Below are positions 26,735-30,969 of a stretch of 30,969 bases of DNA, piece by piece. The position numbers and the translations under genes are program-made. How positions within the stretch are numbered: the first letter of the stretch is position 1; the number at the start of each line of letters is the position of its first letter. The stretch spans positions 1-30,969 of the forward strand of contig JAZRWA010000050.1 in the NCBI GenBank assembly GCA_045599485.1. Reading direction: 5' to 3'. Below the pieces are notes generated by a model. It saw only the letters and a list, made by a program, of their open reading frames with translations, searched no databases and had not been told where the DNA came from. Source of the DNA: Clostridia bacterium (GTDB lineage Bacteria > Bacillota > Clostridia > Christensenellales > Aristaeellaceae).

Positions 26735-27682
26735 ATGACAAATATCAGGCAGACCTTACCTCCGGCAAAACGAAGCTTCTGGCAAAGGCTGAAAACCGAC
26801 TTTCGGAAACACTGGATGGTATATGCAATGCTTCTGCCGATTCTCGCCTATTACTTGATTTTCAAGTACGGATCCATGGGATATCTTGCAATTGCTTTTG
26901 AGGATTTCAAACCGGTCAAAGGCATACTGGGAAGTAAATGGGTCGGATTCAAGAACTTCATCAAATTTTTCAGCATGGATACCAGTTCAAGGCTTATTCG
27001 CAACACGTTCTTGCTGAATTTTTATGATATCTTGTTCAGTTTTCCCGCCCCCATCCTGCTGGCTTTGATGATCAATTAGCTAACGCTGAAGCGGACAAAG
27101 AAGCTAATCCAAACTGTAAGCTATGTCCCCCATTTTATTTCCATGGTCGTCATTTGCGGCATGCTCAGAGAATTCTGCTCATCTGATGGTCTATTCAACC
27201 AGGTTCGCATGATGTTGGGACTTGAAGGCTACAACCTGCTGACAAATCCGCGCCTGTATCGTACGATTCATATCGGCAGCGGTATTTGGCAAAGTGTTGG
27301 CTGGAGCAGCATCATCTATCTGGCCACGCTGTCCGGTGTAGATACCCAGCTGTACGAAGCAGCTTATATTGACGGTGCTAACAAAATGCAGCGTATCATC
27401 CATGTTACGCTTCCGGCACTGGTGCCCATCATTACAGTTCAGTTCATCATGAGAATCGGACATATCATGTCAGTTGGCCATGAAAAGATTATTCTGTTGT
27501 ATAACGAGATGATTTTCGAAACAGCCGATGTAATCTCCACATATCTGTATCGTTACGCATTGCTGACCGGTAAATACAGTCTGGGTACCGCTGTTGGTCT
27601 GTTTAACTCTGTTATCAATATCATCATTCTCGTGATTGTCAACAGAACCTTCTCCAAGTTGACCGAGAACAGTCTGTGGTAA
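26735..27682 (+). CDS. LplB-type (COG4209-like) sugar ABC transporter permease with one in-frame TAG
   Basis: Track ORFs 26735..27079 and 27143..27682 share a frame. Across TAG 27077..27079 the sequence reads PAPILLALMIN-TAG-LTLKRTKKLIQTVSYVPHFISMVVICGML, a contiguous conserved block of this permease family. TAA stop. Confidence 0.8.
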
Positions 27683-27699
27683 AGGAGGACGTAGATACA

Positions 27700-28584
27700 A
27701 TGGCGATTGTAGAAAGCAAGAACCGCGGTGAAAAAATCTTCAATGCAGTTAATCTCAGCGTTCTCCTCCTGTTGACACTCGTTTTCTTCTATCCATTGTG
27801 GCATTGTTTGATGGCATCCTTCAGTGATCCTGCCAAGTTAATGCGGCATGTGGGCGGCCTTCTGTGGCCGGATGGTTTCAGTCTGAAAGGTTATGAAGCA
27901 GTACTAAAAAATCGTAACATCGGCATCGGTTACATGAACACCCTGTTCTATGTAGGCGTCGGCACCAGTCTTTCTATGCTTCTGACGATCATCGGCGCAT
28001 ATGCGTTGACCAGACAGGGCTTGATGCTGAAAAAGCCAATTATGGTGCTGATCGTGCTGACCATGTATCTTGGCGGCGGAATGATTCCGGATTTCCTAAT
28101 TATCCGTGATCTTGGTCTGTATGACAGCAGATGGTCTGTGATTCTCCTGACATCGATTACTACCTATAATTTGATGGTCATGCGCACCGCATTTTTGCAG
28201 ATTCCTCATTCTTTGGAAGAATCGGCCATGTTAGACGGTGCAAATGACTTCGTGATTCTGTTCAGAATCCTGCTGCCTGTTACAAAAGCTACCATCGCGG
28301 TTGTAACTCTCTTCTATGCAGTCGGACGTTGGAACGCTTGGTTTAACGCATCCATTTTCCTTCGCGATCGTGAAAAATATCCGCTGCAGCTGTTCCTGCG
28401 TGAAATTCTGATTTCGAGCACCGTGACCGGCGATGAAGGCTCTGCAGAAGACGGCGTCTACTATCTGTCTGAGTTGCTTAAGTATTGCACCATCATCGTA
28501 TCTACCGTTCCGATCCTGTGCATTTATCCATTTGTCCAGAAATATTTTGTTACCGGTGTAATGTTGGGCTCTGTGAAAGGATGA
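27700..28584 (+). CDS. LplC-type sugar ABC transporter permease
   Basis: Six-TM BPD_transp_1-type ORF containing the EESAMLDGAND EAA-loop motif. ATG at 27700 is downstream of AGGAGG. An earlier GTG at 27676 is a less likely start. TGA stop. Confidence 0.8.
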   Translation: MAIVESKNRGEKIFNAVNLSVLLLLTLVFFYPLWHCLMASFSDPAKLMRHVGGLLWPDGFSLKGYEAVLKNRNIGIGYMNTLFYVGVGTSLSMLLTIIGAYALTRQGLMLKKPIMVLIVLTMYLGGGMIPDFLIIRDLGLYDSRWSVILLTSITTYNLMVMRTAFLQIPHSLEESAMLDGANDFVILFRILLPVTKATIAVVTLFYAVGRWNAWFNASIFLRDREKYPLQLFLREILISSTVTGDEGSAEDGVYYLSELLKYCTIIVSTVPILCIYPFVQKYFVTGVMLGSVKG

Positions 28585-28589
28585 TTTGA

Positions 28590-29339
28590 ATGAGGTTATC
28601 AAAAATTGCCCTAGTCAGCGGTGGCGGCGGTTCCATCGGCAGAGCAATCTGTGAAGTCCTTGCCGAAGACGGCTATACCGTCGCGGTAGCAGATATTTCA
28701 AAGGAAAATGCCGAAAAAACAGCAAAAGCCATCCGGGAAAAAGGCGGAAATGCCCTGAGTCTGGAGATGAATGTTCTGGAGGGGCAATCTGTAGAGCAAA
28801 CATTTACAGAACTGACAGCAAAAAAAGGTTCACTGGATTTGCTCGTGAATGTTGCCGGAGGCAGCGCAAGAAGCCGCTGCAAGCCCCTGTCTGAGCAGGA
28901 TATCTCCGTCATTGACGAAATGCTGGATATCAATCTCAGAGGATCTATGCTTTGCATGCGATCCGCCGCTCGTCAAATGCGAAAGCAGCAAAGCGGTGTC
29001 ATCATCAATATCGCATCTGTCGTCGCTCTTCAAGGAAGGTCACGTTTAACCGACTATGCAGCGGCAAAGGGCGGCATTATCTCAGTCACCAGATCGTTAG
29101 CTTTGGAAATGGGCAAATATCATGTCCGTGTTAACAGTGTTTCACCCGGATCCGTTCCCCGTCCCGGAGATGACACCACCGGGTGGGAGAACACAAATAT
29201 TCTTCACGCTGTCTGCTCCGTTTATGATATTGCCTATGCTGTATCTTTCCTCGCATCCGATAAAGCTTCGTTCATCACAGGCCAGAATCTCTGCGTCGAT
29301 GGCGGGCGATCACTCGGACTGATGGGTGAAAAAGAATGA
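28590..29339 (+). CDS. short-chain dehydrogenase/reductase (SDR)
   Basis: SGGGGSIG cofactor motif, NVAG, and catalytic YAAAKGG (YxxxK). TGA stop. Confidence 0.85.
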   Translation: MRLSKIALVSGGGGSIGRAICEVLAEDGYTVAVADISKENAEKTAKAIREKGGNALSLEMNVLEGQSVEQTFTELTAKKGSLDLLVNVAGGSARSRCKPLSEQDISVIDEMLDINLRGSMLCMRSAARQMRKQQSGVIINIASVVALQGRSRLTDYAAAKGGIISVTRSLALEMGKYHVRVNSVSPGSVPRPGDDTTGWENTNILHAVCSVYDIAYAVSFLASDKASFITGQNLCVDGGRSLGLMGEKE

Positions 29340-29385
29340 TTGAGCTCAAACCGGAAAGGTTTGAAATATAGAAAGGAGATTCCCC

Positions 29386-30969
29386 ATGAAGAAAGTCATT
29401 TCTCTGTTCCTCGCAATCGCATTGCTGCTCAGCTGCAGTTCTGCACTCGCCGTTGAAAAGCTTGAAGGGCTTTATGTCGGTGATCACATTGCCGACGGAC
29501 AGTACCCGGTTGACGGCGATGTAAAACTCACCTACTGGATGCCGATCAACAAGAGTGCGGTTGCTTTCATCAGTAATTATGATGAAAATCCGGCCTATGA
29601 CACCATGCAGAAGACCACCGGTGTGGATGTCACCTTCATTCATCCCGCTGTCGGCGAAGCAAAACAGGATTTCCAACTGCTGACCGTGTCCGGTAAGCTC
29701 CCGGATGTGCTGCAGCTTGACGCTGCCACCTGGTATGACGGCGGACTGGAAGCCATGTACGAGGATGAACTGATTATCGATCTGACTCCCTATCTGGAAG
29801 AGTATGCTCCTCAGTATCTGAAGGTTATCAACGACAATGACGATGTCAAACGTCAGGTATACCTCGGAGAAGATGGTCAGGTGTTGGGTTTCTACCGCAT
29901 CAGCTACGGTGATGTGCTTCCCTGGTGCCGTATTGATATCCGCAAGGATTGGCTTGACGAAGCCGGCATGACTGAACCGAAGACCATTGCCGATTATGAG
30001 GCATGGTTTGAGTGGGTGCTGGCCAACAAGCCCGGTGTCGCTCCTTTCTATATGGACTTCACCAACGCGGATCAGCTCAACAATCTGCTGGGTGCCTTTG
30101 ATCTTCTGCCCACTTGGTACGTGACTGAAGACGGTTCCGTGCACTACTATGCCAATGAAGCTGCTTTCAAGGATTTCCTGGCGTTGATGAACAGTTGGTA
30201 TGAGAAGGGCTACATTTCCCGCGACTTTGTTTCTCTGACCGGCACCGAAGCTGATGCCCTTTTCGATTCCGATCGTCTTGCCAGTTACGCCGGCAGCAAC
30301 AACTGCTATGCTCGTACACTGAATCTCCCCCTGAGTATCTCTGTAGCTCAGTATATGCGTAAGGAAGAGGATTCCAAACTGCATAACCAGATTGCCGACA
30401 ATCCCGTTGGCGGTTATATCTCCGTTGTCACCACCGCCTGCTCCAATCCCGAAGCTGCCGTTGCCATGCTGAACTATGCATACACTTTCGAAGGTTCCAT
30501 CGTATACAACTGGGGCACTGAGGGTATTACCTATGAGTGGGGCGAGGATGGCCGTCCTCATTACACTGATTACGTTATCAAGAACCCCGATGGCAAAACT
30601 ACCGGCAACATCTCCTACTGCGACCGTATCCACCTGGGCAGCAAGCTGACCTGGTCCGATAACGTTACCGGCCCCGGCATGACCACCAACCCCGGTCAGA
30701 AGGCATGGCGCGAATTGTGGCTGGATGACGCCAACGTGGATAGTGCTTACCGTCTGCCGCCCATCTCCATGACCGCTGATGAAACCAGCGACCGCAACGA
30801 GATCATGGCCGAAGTCAACACAGCTGTGAACGAGTTCATGCTCAAGTGCATTACCGGCGTTGAGTCTATTGACAACTTTGATGCTTATGTCCAGCGCATC
30901 AACAAAATGGGTCTGAATGACGCCATTTCCATCACTCAGGACGCATACAACCGCTACATGGGTCAGTAA
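29386..30969 (+). CDS. LplA-type extracellular solute-binding lipoprotein of the sugar ABC transporter
   Basis: RBS AAAGGAG. Lipoprotein signal MKKVISLFLAIALLLSCSS. About 527 aa, which is typical of the large family-1 polysaccharide/oligosaccharide binding proteins. TAA stop at the window end. Confidence 0.8.
   Translation: MKKVISLFLAIALLLSCSSALAVEKLEGLYVGDHIADGQYPVDGDVKLTYWMPINKSAVAFISNYDENPAYDTMQKTTGVDVTFIHPAVGEAKQDFQLLTVSGKLPDVLQLDAATWYDGGLEAMYEDELIIDLTPYLEEYAPQYLKVINDNDDVKRQVYLGEDGQVLGFYRISYGDVLPWCRIDIRKDWLDEAGMTEPKTIADYEAWFEWVLANKPGVAPFYMDFTNADQLNNLLGAFDLLPTWYVTEDGSVHYYANEAAFKDFLALMNSWYEKGYISRDFVSLTGTEADALFDSDRLASYAGSNNCYARTLNLPLSISVAQYMRKEEDSKLHNQIADNPVGGYISVVTTACSNPEAAVAMLNYAYTFEGSIVYNWGTEGITYEWGEDGRPHYTDYVIKNPDGKTTGNISYCDRIHLGSKLTWSDNVTGPGMTTNPGQKAWRELWLDDANVDSAYRLPPISMTADETSDRNEIMAEVNTAVNEFMLKCITGVESIDNFDAYVQRINKMGLNDAISITQDAYNRYMGQ

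Noticed and set aside
10457-27079. Are the split genes simply pseudogenes in a decaying genome, or sequencing/assembly errors?
   Set aside because: All 13 interruptions are TAG. None is TAA or TGA, and there are no frameshifts or deletions. Downstream segments keep conserved motifs, including a complete TM helix between two TAGs and the ATGA coupling of galT to galE. RBS and promoter signals are intact. Random decay or base-call errors would not produce a single stop codon type. The pseudogene reading still needs genome-wide exclusion.
1-30969. Recoded prophage or mobile element as the source of the TAG usage.
   Set aside because: I recognised no integrase, recombinase, transposase, capsid, terminase or tail genes, and no flanking direct repeats or att-like sites. 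The TAG-containing genes are ordinary chromosomal metabolism and regulation genes (gal operon, sugar ABC transporter, two-component kinase).

Overview
This looks like a chromosomal window from a Firmicutes/Clostridia-like anaerobe. That taxonomy is my inference from gene content and strong GGAGG ribosome-binding sites. I see no integrase, transposase, phage genes or CRISPR array.

Gene content, left to right:
- a secreted DUF6273-like protein (partial) and an EamA-type transporter
- an exported FAD reductase fused to an FMN_bind domain
- a Trp (UGG) T-box leader in front of a PF04392-type ABC transporter (binding protein, permease, ATPase)
- two hypothetical exported or membrane proteins
- a stand-alone tRNA gene
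- a divergent OmpR-type response regulator and a multi-TM histidine kinase
- a protein made of three tandem FMN_bind domains, followed by a Tat-exported FAD oxidoreductase
- galE-galT-galK, then a minus-strand catabolic cluster (quinone oxidoreductase, amidohydrolase, GH2 glycosidase, Zn-dependent dehydrogenase, Gfo/Idh/MocA oxidoreductase)
- a membrane-anchored AraC-family sensor/regulator
- an LplB/LplC/LplA-type sugar ABC transporter with an embedded SDR gene

Main finding: the stand-alone tRNA (8748..8823) folds into a canonical cloverleaf with anticodon CUA, which reads UAG.
- Eight otherwise intact genes in the window carry 13 in-frame TAG codons.
- Each of these genes keeps its frame and its recognisable domains across the TAG.
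- None of the 24 genes with a complete 3' end terminates in TAG (14 TAA, 10 TGA).
- I found no in-frame TAA or TGA interruptions and no frameshifts.

Together this points to UAG being decoded as a sense codon by a dedicated, non-pyrrolysine tRNA in a bacterial chromosome, either as full reassignment or as efficient suppression. The tRNA has a Glu-type body, and one TAG sits where, from memory, LplB-family permeases have a conserved Glu. Glu is therefore my leading guess and Gln the main alternative. This cannot be decided from the window alone.
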